Shown here piece by piece: positions 1 to 11,125 of a DNA stretch of 64,000 bases. How positions within the stretch are numbered: position 1 is the first letter of the stretch; the number at the start of each line of letters is the position of its first letter. The notes under the pieces are model-generated. The model made no database searches. It was not told where the DNA came from and was given only the letters and a program-made list of their open reading frames with translations. The DNA lies in NCBI GenBank assembly GCA_002633005.1, contig NMRA01000001.1, positions 4,566,694 to 4,630,693 on the forward strand. The letters are read 5' to 3'. The stretch comes from Phoronis australis (Eukaryota; Animalia; Phoronida). Made by a program: the position numbers and the translations under genes.

Positions 1-223
1 GGGTGCTGTATCTAGTCAGGTGTAGGGTGGGTGCTGTATCTAGTCAGGTGTAGGTAGGGTGCTGTATCTAGTCAGGTGTAGGGAGGGTGCTGTATCTAGT
101 CAGGTGTAGGGAGGGTGCTGTATCTAGTCAGGTGTAGGGAGGGTGCTGTATCTAGTCAGGTGTAGGGAGGGTGCTGTATCTAGTCAGGTGTAGGGCGTAT
201 GCTGCATCTAGTCAGGTGTAGGG
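1..223. repeat. 28-bp minisatellite (GGGTGCTGTATCTAGTCAGGTGTAGGGA), about 8 copies, runs off the window start; lies in the last intron of MTIF2
   Basis: Directly visible tandem units starting at 1, 29, 57, and onward. Confidence 0.95.
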
Positions 224-708
224 AAGATGGTGCCAACACCATGTTCCTGTTTCATGAAGAATGACCTAACATATTTGGTCGTATCCTCCCACTTGGCTGT
301 TACTGAACATGGTCTTTACAACAGCACATCACATCACATTTAAACAACATGTTATCCACTTGTGATTTGTTAGTGGGAATATCCTCAGAGACTACTGATT
401 AAGTTGTTTGGGTGATCAGAAAAAAATTATAAAGTTACGTGCAACCCTAATTAAACTCTTGTAAGTCAAGTTAAGTGTTCCATAGACGCTCAAAGTTGCT
501 CATTTATAATACTTTTCTCAATAGTGTTAACAGTTTTACATTTGCCATCAATGCTCTGTATAATTGTATTGTTGTTTTAACTTCAGCGTGATGCAGTTGC
601 CTGAATGACCAATTGCAACCACATTGTAACACAAGTCAAGTCAACACTTTGTTTAACCCCTGTGTGATTAGCTGGGACACACTATTACTAACTTTTGTCA
701 TGTTACAG

Positions 709-881
709 GTCGAGTCAATACTTTGAAACATTTCAAGAATGATGTGGACACAATTAAGATGGACATGGAATGTGGATTACGTGTGGATGATGACAGTTTT
801 GAATTCCAAAGAGGAGATGAAATAGTGTGCTATAAACTGGTGGAGACAGAACAGAAGCTAGACTGGAGGCCTGGCTTTTAA
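709..881 (+). CDS. MTIF2: Terminal coding exon of mitochondrial translation initiation factor IF-2
   Basis: Acceptor ttgtcatgttacag at 708, phase 1. Translates (G)RVNTLKHFKNDVDTIKMDMECGLRVDDDSFEFQRGDEIVCYKLVETEQKLDWRPGF*. This matches the IF2 domain IV end (LKHxKxD...G.ECG) and the metazoan MTIF2 C-terminal W.PGF as recalled. Not in the ORF track. Confidence 0.9.
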
Positions 882-1194
882 AACACAGTGTCATGGGATG
901 GTTTTACAGTAATATGAGCTCAGGATCCATTTGGCTGTAGTTTCCTCTGAATGAATTTAAGATTGAATGAACATCTCCTAAAACTTATGCATTTCAGATT
1001 TTATTGGAAGCTGCAAAGCCAACATAGCAGTTGACTTGAAGCCAGAAAGCGCAATTCATGAAGAAATATGTTTTGGCAGAAACTTTCACATGTGTGTCAC
1101 GTGTTCACTAATTTTTCGTGGGAAATACATTAAATCTATTTATGAATAGTAGTGTACACTATGCTGTGTATTAGTTCATAAATCTTTTCGTATC

Positions 1195-1400
1195 TACAAC
1201 ATCAGGCTTAGTGTCTGTGCCATCAGTCTTAGTGTCTGCACCCTCCTTAGTGTCTACACTGCCATTATCAGTCTAGTGTCTACACCATCTTTAGTGTCTA
1301 CACTGGCAGTCTTAGTGTCTACACCATTAGTCTAGTGTTTAGGTTGTCAGTCTTAGTGTCCACACTACCAGTCTTGGTGTCGACACCGGCAGTCTTAATC
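1195..1400. repeat. Degenerate ~21-bp minisatellite (ATCAGTCTTAGTGTCTACACC-like); second, longer copy at 2462-2775
   Basis: Repeated CAGTCTTAGTGTCTAC units. They explain the spurious S/V/L-rich ORFs at 2346-2884. Confidence 0.9.
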
Positions 1401-3831
1401 GCCTGTGCAGACCATAATTTTGCAAAATCCACGAGAGCTCTAGATAACGATGGAGAACAGTCATGTAATAATCCATTTATACCACACACTGAAGGATAAA
1501 CATTGAAATGAATCGATCTGCCTTTCTTGACTCTCCTCGGCTTTGGAATTATTTTCTATGTCACAGGCCCATAATCGGAGGTCCTGACTTTTTAAGAAAT
1601 ACAAAGTCAGTCTTGTTAAAATGATGTTTTTTCTCAAAACCAATTGAAAATTTAATCGAAATTGAAATAATTAGTGAATAATTTTTTTAAAACTAGAAAG
1701 CCTATTTGCTTTTAAGCAAATAGGCTTTCTACAAATCTTATCATGCTAAGCTTCCACCCTGAAAATATTGTCTGCTAAAGTAGGTTGCTACATGTTATTG
1801 GGTATAATGTCCAAGTCAAAGATTCCCGACTACATGTTACCACATTTAAACTAGAGATCGATGATTTACAAGTGAGAGAAAATGACAAATAATTTTTACT
1901 GAATTAAAGATGTTGCTTTTATTGAGATTGTAGGTCATATTTTTCACAGAGTGATAAATGTCGATACAATGCGGTTTGTTGAACATGAGATTATTGCGCG
2001 TCCTCTGAATAGCTCATTGGTCACGACGACGGCTGTCACGAAACGTGAGTGAAACGTGGGTTAACCAACGGTTGCGATGGCCTTGTAAGGCTGATTATAT
2101 GGTATAAAAATGTTATTCAAACAAAAGTGTGCTCGTGTACATACAGTAGATTCTAAAGCTTGTGCTTTCGTTTCCTAAACGTGTCACGTGCAAGTGTATT
2201 TCGTAGTTTTAACGTTTACAATCACGGACTCGTTTAATATATTCAAAGACGGCGGCAGTGGTCTTTGGTAAGGTATGCCGTGCACCGTTCACAAAAGTGG
2301 GTATTGCTTACACCTTTAAAATTTTTGGGCTGATTCTCTAGGTCTTTGAATACACAACCTCTAAACTTACCTCTACACCACTATTTAAATGCACGTGCAC
2401 AGCGGGGATCTGTTTCTGGGAAAGGCTATTGGCTTTTGTCTTCGACCAAAAGTCAGAAACNTGTCTACTCCATCAGTCATAATGTCTATACTGTCAGTCT
2501 TAGTGTCTGCACCGTCAGTCTTAGTGTCTACGCAATCAGTCATAGTGTTTGCACCCTCCTTAGTGTCTACACTGCCAGTATCAGTCTAGTGTCTATACCA
2601 TCTTTAGTGTCTACACTGGCAGTCTTAGTGTCTACACCATTAGTCTAGTGTCTACATTGTCAGTCTTAGTGTACCCACCATCAGTCTTAGTGGCAACACG
2701 ATCAGGCTTAGTGTCTATATTGTCAGTCTTAGTGTCCACACTACCAGTCTCGGTGTCGACACCGGCAGTCTTAATTGCCTGTGAAGACCATAATTTTGCA
2801 AAATTCACGAGGGCTCTTGATAAGGGAGATAACGATGGAGAACAGTCATGTAATTATCCATTTATACCACACACTGAAGGATAAACATTGAAATGAATCG
2901 ATCTGCCTTTCTTAACTCTCCTCGGCTTTGGAACTATTTTCTATGTCACAGGCCCAGGATCGGAGGTCGTGACTTTTTAAGAAATACCAAGTCAGTCTTG
3001 TTAAAATGATGTTTTTACTCAAAACCAATTGAAAATTTAATCGAAATTGAAATAATTAGTGAATGCATAAATAAGTTTTAAGCAAATAGGCTAACTTTCT
3101 ACAAATCTTGTCATGCTAAGCTTCCACCCTGAAAATATTGTCTGCTAAAGTAGGTTACTACATGTTATTGGGTATAATGTCCAAGTCAAAGATTCCCGAC
3201 TGCATGTTACCCACATTTAAACTGGAGATCGATGATTTACAAGTGAGAGAAAATGACAGATAATTTTTACTCAATTAAAGATGTTGCTTTTATTGAGATT
3301 GTAGGTCATATTTTTCACAGAGTGATAAATGTCGATACAATGTGGTTTGTTGAACATGAGATTATTGCGCGTCCTCTGAATAGCTCAGTGGTTAGGACGA
3401 CGGCTGTCACGAAACGTGAGTGAAACGTGGGTTAACCAACGGTTGCGATGGCCTTGTAAGGCTGATTATATGGTATAAAAATGTTATTCAAACAAAAGTG
3501 TGCTCGTGTACATACAGTAGATTCTAAAGCTTGTGCTTTCGTTTCCTAAACGTGTCACGTGCAAGTGTATTTCGTAGTTTTAACGTTTACAATCACGGAC
3601 TCGTTTAATATATTCAAAGACGGCGGCAGTGGTCTTTGGTAAGGTATGCCGTGCACCGTTCACAAAAGTGGGTATTGCTTACACCTTTAAAATTTTTGGG
3701 CTGATTCTCTAGGTCTTTGAATACACAACCTCTAAACTTACCTCTACACCACTATTTAAATGCACGTGCACAGCGGGGATCTGTTTCTGGGAAAGGCTAT
3801 TGGCTTTTGTCTTCGACCAAAAGTCAGAAAC
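1200..3831. repeat. ~1.3-kb direct duplication (about 1200-2460 vs 2500-3831) joined by a single N at 2461; probable haplotype/assembly artefact
   Basis: The copies are colinear with a few SNPs and indels; the last ~400 bp look identical by eye. Confidence 0.85.
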
Positions 3832-4595
3832 CTGACTACGAATAGTCGAATGTTTTTTTCTTTTGTGTTTATCGACACGTCTTGTCTCCTGTCAAGTCGA
3901 TCAGATTACGGATTTATGTCTTTTGGCCGTTGAGTTGACAGAGATTTTTATGACTTCGTGAATTATGGTAAGCCATCCCTAGACAGGTTTTTAGCTAAAC
4001 GACAAATGCAAGTATAGACTGAGAAACAGGTTCCCGTTTTTCGACGTACGTGTATCGTTATTGCTATGGGATTAAAGGAAATCTCAATGATGTGATTTAT
4101 CTCTAAGTTCTTTATGTGCACCCCTTAATTATTTGGCAATGTGTCAGAATACGTGTTTTATTAAGACCCCTTGCCGCTATAGAGTTGGTTTCAATGTGTT
4201 CGTAAACCGGATGAGAAGTGATTTCTGGGTTTGCAATTTCTCACTTGTTGAAAGACCACGAGCGGCGTACTTGTGACGTGGCAAGCCAACTTGTGCAGCC
4301 TGATTTCAAGCAATAATTACGAACTGCCAGTTTTTTGAAATCCTGAAGTCATCTCTAATTTGATTTTACTTAGAAACAATTTGAGTCCCATTCATATCGA
4401 TATCTGGTCCAAATCAAAAGTTTGAGTTTCAGTTGTGTTGGAATGCGAGTTACAACGTTTGGAGTGTTGTGTTTGCTTGGTTGAAACAGCTTTTTACGAT
4501 TAGATTTTTTTTGAAATTCACTACTGATGAATTTTGAATTAATATTTTTCAAACTACCAGCCAGCTGTATGACAGAATTCAACTAACTTTTTCAG

Positions 4596-7303
4596 GCCGA
4601 TGGCACTTAGAACACCACGGACTTGTTGTTGCACTATTCATGTCAGGTACGGATTGTTCTTGGTTCGCTGGATTGCGCTTCGTGTTTTATCTATCTCGTA
4701 TCCATCTGTTAACATATCAAATATGATGTTGTCTCCGGCCAACCCCTCAGTCTCGCTTATGTCCGATTGATCAAGCCCGTATGTTTACACTGTGACCACT
4801 CACACGGGCCCTTAGTAAGCTGTGTAGGAACACAACCAGTTTCATCAATGTGATCTTGATAACGCCTGTACCACTACGTATGCAGTGGCGGAGGTGGCAG
4901 GGGCTCCTCTCTTAGTCGCCAACAAATTAAATTAATTGTAAAAGTTAGCATTTAGTTATATTACCGGGGGAGGCGCAGGTATCGCAAAATGAGAAATGTT
5001 CAGTACTCTCTTGTTACCAAGTTTTGTGCTCGGTGTTTGATTAAATTGTTAAAATGTATTTCCACAAATTCTTGTCGGAAAGTTTGTAAGTGAACTAGCG
5101 TGCGTTTCGTAGAGACGAGAATCTCGCGAAAACGAAAGACTTCGCGAGAAATCGCCATGTATTTCAAACGAAGCACACGATTACGCTACATGGCGTCCAT
5201 AGCGACATTCTTGCGTCTACGAAACTACTCTAGTATGGACGTTCAAATCTAATAACCTGGTGTGAAAGTAAATTATTCAATCTTTAAACAATAAAATATT
5301 ACTCTTCCCAGTCTTCACCATAACGTGCTGTGCGACCGACGCCGGCTGTTCCATTCGAGTTCCCGATCAAGCTTCGGCCAAGTACACGACGGTTGTATCA
5401 GGCGTCGATGCGCCAGCAGGTCCAAGAAGCTTCACCCACGGCGACAATGTAACGTACAGGTGCATTATGAATCACTGGTTTGCAGGTCCACCTGCATCAG
5501 CTGTTAAAACGTGCGTGTGTTCGCCTACAGAAAACTGCGTGCCTATCCCTCAGCCATGTGTACTGCGCTCGCCAGGTTAGATGGAATCAATGTCCTACTC
5601 TTTGAAGATTATTTGTAACAAGATTTTTAATTCACTGTGCACACACCACACATTTATTCCCTTTCCTCCTATATGCGCCAAGTCACTTACGTTGAATGTC
5701 ATTCATTGTCGCGGGAAAAGATAGCTAGAGGGAACTTATATACCCACTGCCTGTACACCTACTGCAGCCATGTTACCCTGGGATACTCGTGTAGGTGTTA
5801 CGTACACGACAAGTCTATCGGGCGGCTCGGGTTTGCCGCACTTTTGCTGAAGGGCCTACTCTACAAAATGGTCCATTTCTGCAAATGAGCTCTGTTTCCC
5901 ATCCTCTTCGAGTTTGTTGGGTTGGAAATGTTGCTGTTCATTTAGTTGTTTATTGAATTCAAACACAGTATGGGTCATAATTCTGTAATGGCGGAACAAA
6001 CCTTTTCGAGAAACTCTTTATAAAAATGTGTTTATCTGAGTTAGGCTAGCCCTCCAAGATGGTGGGTGTTCAGCGTGCAGATTTTCTTAAGGGACAGTGT
6101 TTTCATTTCTCATCGGCATATCGTCGTCAAAAATAGTTTTCTCTGGATTTGTGAGGAAGTCTGCAAAACATTTTATTTTTGTGGATGCGTTTTCAAGCGC
6201 AATAAATGTGCCATGCATTTGACAGCAGTATGTAAATTGCTGGTGAGCTCGTCCTCTACGACCAAATACAGTGCTTGGATAGCAGACAACCAAGTGAGTG
6301 GGAACCGTAGTTTGAGTCATGGAGAGACGGTCGTCTACCGCTGTATAGCCGGACATAGCTTCAAGACTGGAAAGAACGTCACCGCTTGTACATGCAATCA
6401 AACATCAACGTGCAAAACTCCGGAACCCTGCGTGAAAGGTGAAACCCCATCTCTTGTTGTCTTCTGGTCTCGTTTTGACACATCGTGACCAAATTTAAAA
6501 ACGGGAAATTTATGCTTATATTTTGTTCATTTGAAGTCAGTTATAAAGTGTCTCAACCCCGTAATTTTGGTAATCGCTGTGTATGTCCGACATTTGAACT
6601 TGTCCTTGTGTAATTCACACACCTGTAGTAAAGCATTTTTGTTACGGCTTTGCCGAGACTGGAGACGCCAAAACAAATAAAACTAATTAGCGCATTTCCC
6701 GTAGTTCACAATGAAGTAACATCTTAAGCTGATCATTTTCATCATTTTTGAGGTCATAAGTTCGAGTTCAAATCTTTGGCATGTTTCACCAAAGCGGCCA
6801 TTTCGCTAGCTTGAAATTAAATTGAAAAGTTAGGAAGATTTTCTTGAAGTTTCAAACCTGTCTAATATCTGAGAAAGAGCCTGCTAACTAAATGGTTACG
6901 ATCGACCTAGACGGGCATTTGGTGTGTTACTTAATTCTTGGAGGATCACGCTATTGATAAATAACGTTTATTTCAAGATGGCACTACCACTCTGGCGACA
7001 CCAACCACGCCTTCTGTTCCTTCAACGGTGGACCAAATGCAACAAAAGGCCATCGGTATTGTCGTTGGAATTCTCTGTGTATGCAGTGTCCTGTTAACCT
7101 CCTTTTATGGCGTTTGTTGGCTTCGAAGAACTAGCCAAACGGATCTTGCGCAAAAGAGCGGCGGATATCCGGGATCGAGCTTGACCATAAAGTCGGCCAT
7201 GACCGCACCCAGCCGCATGTCCACTCTAACGGTGCCCTCTAGGAGAGGAGTGTCCGCTACCACTATGGAGGAGACCGAAGAATCGGAAGCAAGCAGCATC
7301 TAA
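4596..7303 (+). CDS. Uncharacterised type-I membrane protein A: signal peptide, two Cys6 sushi/CCP-like modules, Thr/Pro stalk, TM helix, Ser/Thr-rich tail. Exons 4596-4646, 5312-5575, 6226-6438, 6978-7303; start exon not located
   Basis: All junctions are GT-AG and phase 1, and they join in frame: ...GLVVALFMS|VFTITCCATDAGCSIRVP...HGDNVTYRCIMNHWF...TCVCSPTENCVPIPQPC|AVCKLLV...HGETVVYRCIAGHSF...ACTCNQTSTCKTPEPCVK|DGTTTLATPTTP...KAIGIVVGILCVCSVLLTSFYGVCWLRR...*. AATAAA at about 7367. Confidence 0.75.
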
Positions 7304-8359
7304 AACGACTTGCACAACTGGAGTGAATACTTTTAGTAACGTGTCACACATTCAAACTGGATAGAAATAAATAAATTTACACTGAATCATTGTTTTTTTT
7401 TCTCACCACGTCTCAGCCTTTACATGGCTAATCCTATAGCTGCATTAGCCTACACTCATCCAAAGGATCACCTCTGTGAACTGACATGGTTGCACCAATG
7501 GGTCACTTTTGTGAGCGGTCTTAGTGGGGTCGAGTCTCAAGGACACCAGGATGACAGCAACTCTAGTGTTAAGATGTCCCTCTAATATGTGACTCAACTG
7601 TGTTGAAACATGACTACAGGGCAGAGGTTCCGGTCTAGAAGCTGGCCGTCTCGTGATGTTAAAATGACAACAAACCCACGCCTTCATGGAAAAATCACAT
7701 ACTTTATCTTACGTTGATCCGTGTTGAGATTAAAAAAATATTTTTAAGTTTGAGAAGAACTGACAGGTCGTTCTTGGTTCAGGCCAGGCCCACTGCGTCA
7801 GTTCGGTGTAGCTCCGGTCACCAACTCGGGCAGTGTAGCCGTTGGGGGAAATCTTAGCACATTCATTATACTGAACCAATTTTAAACCAAGCAAATGACA
7901 GTAACGCGATAACGTTGCTTCGGAAGACACGTTTATACGTCGGTGAAAATAGGTGATGTTTTTAACACCAGAATATGGTTAACACAAAGGCACTGAAGAA
8001 GTTTGCTGGGGGGAGGTTCAGCCGCCGAAACAGTACAGCCGTGGACGGCATCAAGCTGTTTTATGCTGTTGCCAATTTCAATTGAAACACAGTATGAGAG
8101 CTTGATGACGTCTGTGAAGTGATCACGCCATAACGTGATTGGCAGCGGTCTTAAACCATCCACAAACTGTAATATAATCGTTCATTAGAGTTGCAATTGG
8201 TTACCATAAAATATCTGGAATTTCCCTGGTGGCCATATTGCTTTGGATGGCTGAAACCCTACTAATCCGCCAAGAGCCTGGTCCAAAGGCAACAACGCGC
8301 CGTCAGTTCTTCTTAAGCCTAAAAAAATATTCCTATTTTGAGTGAGGAGCAAGACGAAA

Positions 8360-8516
8360 AAGTGGCGGGTTTAGAGGGGTGCCAAGGGGGCCACGGCCCC
8401 CTAAAATTCTCCCGGATTCCATTTGGTAGTGCGAGAGTGCGAATGTCTCACGGACAAAATGCTGGCTAATACTCTGCCATGCCCACCCCCAACTCAAAAT
8501 CCTGGATCCGCCCCTG
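8360..8516 (+). mobile_element. Copy of the short non-autonomous CAGTGGCGGA...GGATCCGCCCCTG element family
   Basis: Same internal sequence (CCCCTAAAATTCTCCCGGATTCCATTTGG...GTGCGAATGTCT...CAAAATCCTGGCTAATAC) as the copies at 17376, 19100, 41342 and 55966. Confidence 0.85.
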
Positions 8517-8719
8517 ATAACAGTAAGCAGCCCACATCAGTTTTTGACAGAATGGATGGATCTGCTGCTTAACCAGTTGCTTATAAATAACCAATACGGG
8601 ATCTCAGTGGGGACTCGTCCAAAACATTAACACAGTGAATCAGGCTTCAACGCAACATTGTAATGGCTGCACTTCCCGTGTCTTGTTCTATTCTTTAGTC
8701 TTCATTTAACTATTTTTAG

Positions 8720-9601
8720 TTTTCACTTCACAAGCGGTCAGTCGGGAAGAACTACAATCATCGCAGCAAACATGCACCATGGTCATCAGGGAAGAGGGCC
8801 TAGCAACGTACGTAGCGACGGACGTACCGCGTAGGCAGAAAGTGCTACATGGCAACTACACATTTCTTGTAAATTATACCTTGATGTTTGAGTGTCTCGA
8901 AAACTACCGTTGGAAAACACGAGAATATGTAAGAAACATCAGTTGCGACTGTGTTGCACCCTGCGAAGCGCCAGAACCATGTGGACTAAGTACGGCTCTC
9001 GATAGTTATTTGCCATAGTCATTGCGTAAGCAGCAACATCTAGAACACGACATACATAATAATACGAGTTTATTGCCGCGATACCAGCACATCATTAGCT
9101 ATCATTTCATGTGTATATTGAACATCTACTGGTAGTTAACATGTGTCTGGAGTAGGCTTAAGCATTATTTCACATCTGAGATGGAGCAGAATAAAAATCA
9201 TTTATGGTCTTCATACATAGCATTCATCCTGCTAAGTAAAATATATATAGTAGCGATCTAGCGGCTACAGTTTATGCGTAAATGTTCCCAATATGAATTT
9301 GTTTGCAGTTGGCGTCGAGCCTGGCAACGATCCACAGTTGAAAGTGATCGGGATAGTGGTTGGTATCGTGCAGGTCCTGTCCGTTCTTACAGCTTTTTCC
9401 TTCGGCTGTTGTTACATCTCCAGCCAAAAGGGCGGCGTCTCAGGTGCAATGCGTAGCGTCTTCTCCAGCCAGACGCCAAGCCTGAGGTTGAACTCGCCAC
9501 CAACTTACCCAACGCCTGCCATGCTGTCAGCAGTGTCGGTTGCCACATCGGGGACATCTGTTGACGACGAAGGCTCGTCATTCGATCTAAGCGATTACTA
9601 A
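8720..9601 (+). CDS. Uncharacterised type-I membrane protein B, paralog of A, with one Cys6 module. Exons 8720-8989 and 9309-9601; signal-peptide exon not located
   Basis: Phase 1-1 exon: QTCTMVIREEGLATY...TLMFECLENYRWKT...ISCDCVAPCEAPEPCGL. The TM exon QLKVIGIVVGIVQVLSVLTAFSFGCCY aligns with QQKAIGIVVGILCVCSVLLTSFYGVCW of gene A, followed by a similar Ser/Thr-rich tail with an acidic end. Confidence 0.72.
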
Positions 9602-10003
9602 AATAGTTTCATGCTACTGTCCTCGTGTCCATAGACAAACCTAAGATTAGAGTTACCACGGTTTTGAACATGGGTTTGGTTTTTTCAAAACGATAAAGCG
9701 AACATTGTCATTCACAGTTGTAAAAACAGGTGTCAGAGTACTGGTGAATCTTTAATCCTATTTTCAAGACGTTTGAACCCACCACTAGACATAGACGGGT
9801 CCAGGATGCCGCAGATTCGTGAAGGAAAATATTTGCACAGGGTCTAAAATGGGCATAGCCGTGTAGGGTGGAAGATGGGTACCCGGCCCCTGAATACCGC
9901 TATGCTGGATTTGATGCTCCGAAAACTTTAATGAAGACAATCCAAAATGATGTCGATTCACTGGCATCAGATAAGAATACATATAGCGGCCTTATTCTGG
10001 CCA

Positions 10004-10705
10004 TTCTATCGCGTAACAGTGATTTACAAAGTGAATCAACAGACAAACTTCGTGAACAATCTGGCTAGTAAATCCTTCGCAAAAAGCACATGAAGGGGAA
10101 CGAAACCAATCTTCCACCCAACAAACGTTTATGTCAGACCACTTATGCTGAAAATTTTATCTTAATTTGCACCTCATTCAGACGAGGACTAGTTTATGAA
10201 TTTGGAAATAACTCAGTTACAACACCCTTGTGCTTGAGAGCACGCTATATAAAACGCAACAGACCAGCTACATGAGCTTGGATTCGAACAATTCACTAAC
10301 AGCCATTCCCTCAGTTCTTCTCAAGTCCTGAAATCACCTAAAATGTGTGGCAANGGCCCTTCTATCGCGTAACAGTGATTTACAAAGTGAATCAACAAAC
10401 TTCGTGAACAATCTGGCTAGTAAATCCTTCGCAAAAAGCACATGAAGGGGAACGAAACCAATCTTCCACCCAACAAACGTTTATGTCAGACCACTTATGC
10501 TGAAAATTTTATCTTAATTTGCACCTCATTCAGACGAGGACTAGTTTATGAATTTGGAAATAACTCAGTTACAACACCCTTGTGCTTGAGAGCACGCTAT
10601 ATAAAACGCAACAGACCAGCTACATGAGCTTGGATTCGAACAATTCACTAACAGCCATTCCCTCAGTTCTTCTCAAGTCCTGAAATCACCTAAAATGTGT
10701 GGCAA
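10004..10705. repeat. ~350-bp near-identical direct duplication around a single N at 10354; probable assembly artefact
   Basis: The two identical 61-aa ORFs at 10090 and 10442; only a 4-bp indel noticed between copies. Confidence 0.88.
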
Positions 10706-10718
10706 AAATTGAAACCAG

Positions 10719-10975
10719 AGGCCTGTTTCGTGAAAACTGATTTAAGACTTAAGTCATAAATTTGGTCTTGTCATCCACACAACTATTTCTGAAAACAAGG
10801 TATATCTCACTTGAGCAAAAGTGCAGTATCTGAGAACATAGTACTCATAACTGCTAGTTATTGGTAGGATTTCTATAAAAGATTCCTAGGCTATGATGCG
10901 CACATACCTAACTAAACCTTTGTTCATCAATTGTAAAGAAGGAGCATAACACCAAATTTCTGTCTTAAGTCTTAC
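10719..10975. mobile_element. Probable MITE relic with imperfect inverted ends
   Basis: TAAGACTTAAGTCATAAATTTGGT near 10743 pairs with ACCAAATTTCTGTCTTAAGTCTTA near 10950-10974; starts GGCCTGTTTCGTGAA. Confidence 0.5.
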
Positions 10976-11125
10976 CAAAATCCAAAGTTAGCTTTTTGAG
11001 CGAGTTTACAGCAGTGGAATGGACGGACGAAAGTTTAAGCTTTTGATGAGGTACTCTATACAGTTTACTTTGCACGCGCTTTTCAGTCAGCCACCAACAA
11101 ACTGGAATTAGGCAAGACCGGCACG

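Noticed and set aside
1-223. Regular 28-bp repeats resembling a CRISPR array
   Set aside because: Units are head-to-tail with no unique spacers, there are no cas genes, and the context is a eukaryotic intron.
2346-2884. S/V/L-rich ORFs
   Set aside because: Translations of the 21-bp minisatellite.
10090-10627. Two identical 61-aa ORFs as a duplicated small gene
   Set aside because: They lie in a duplication around a single N and have no recognisable motif or splice context.
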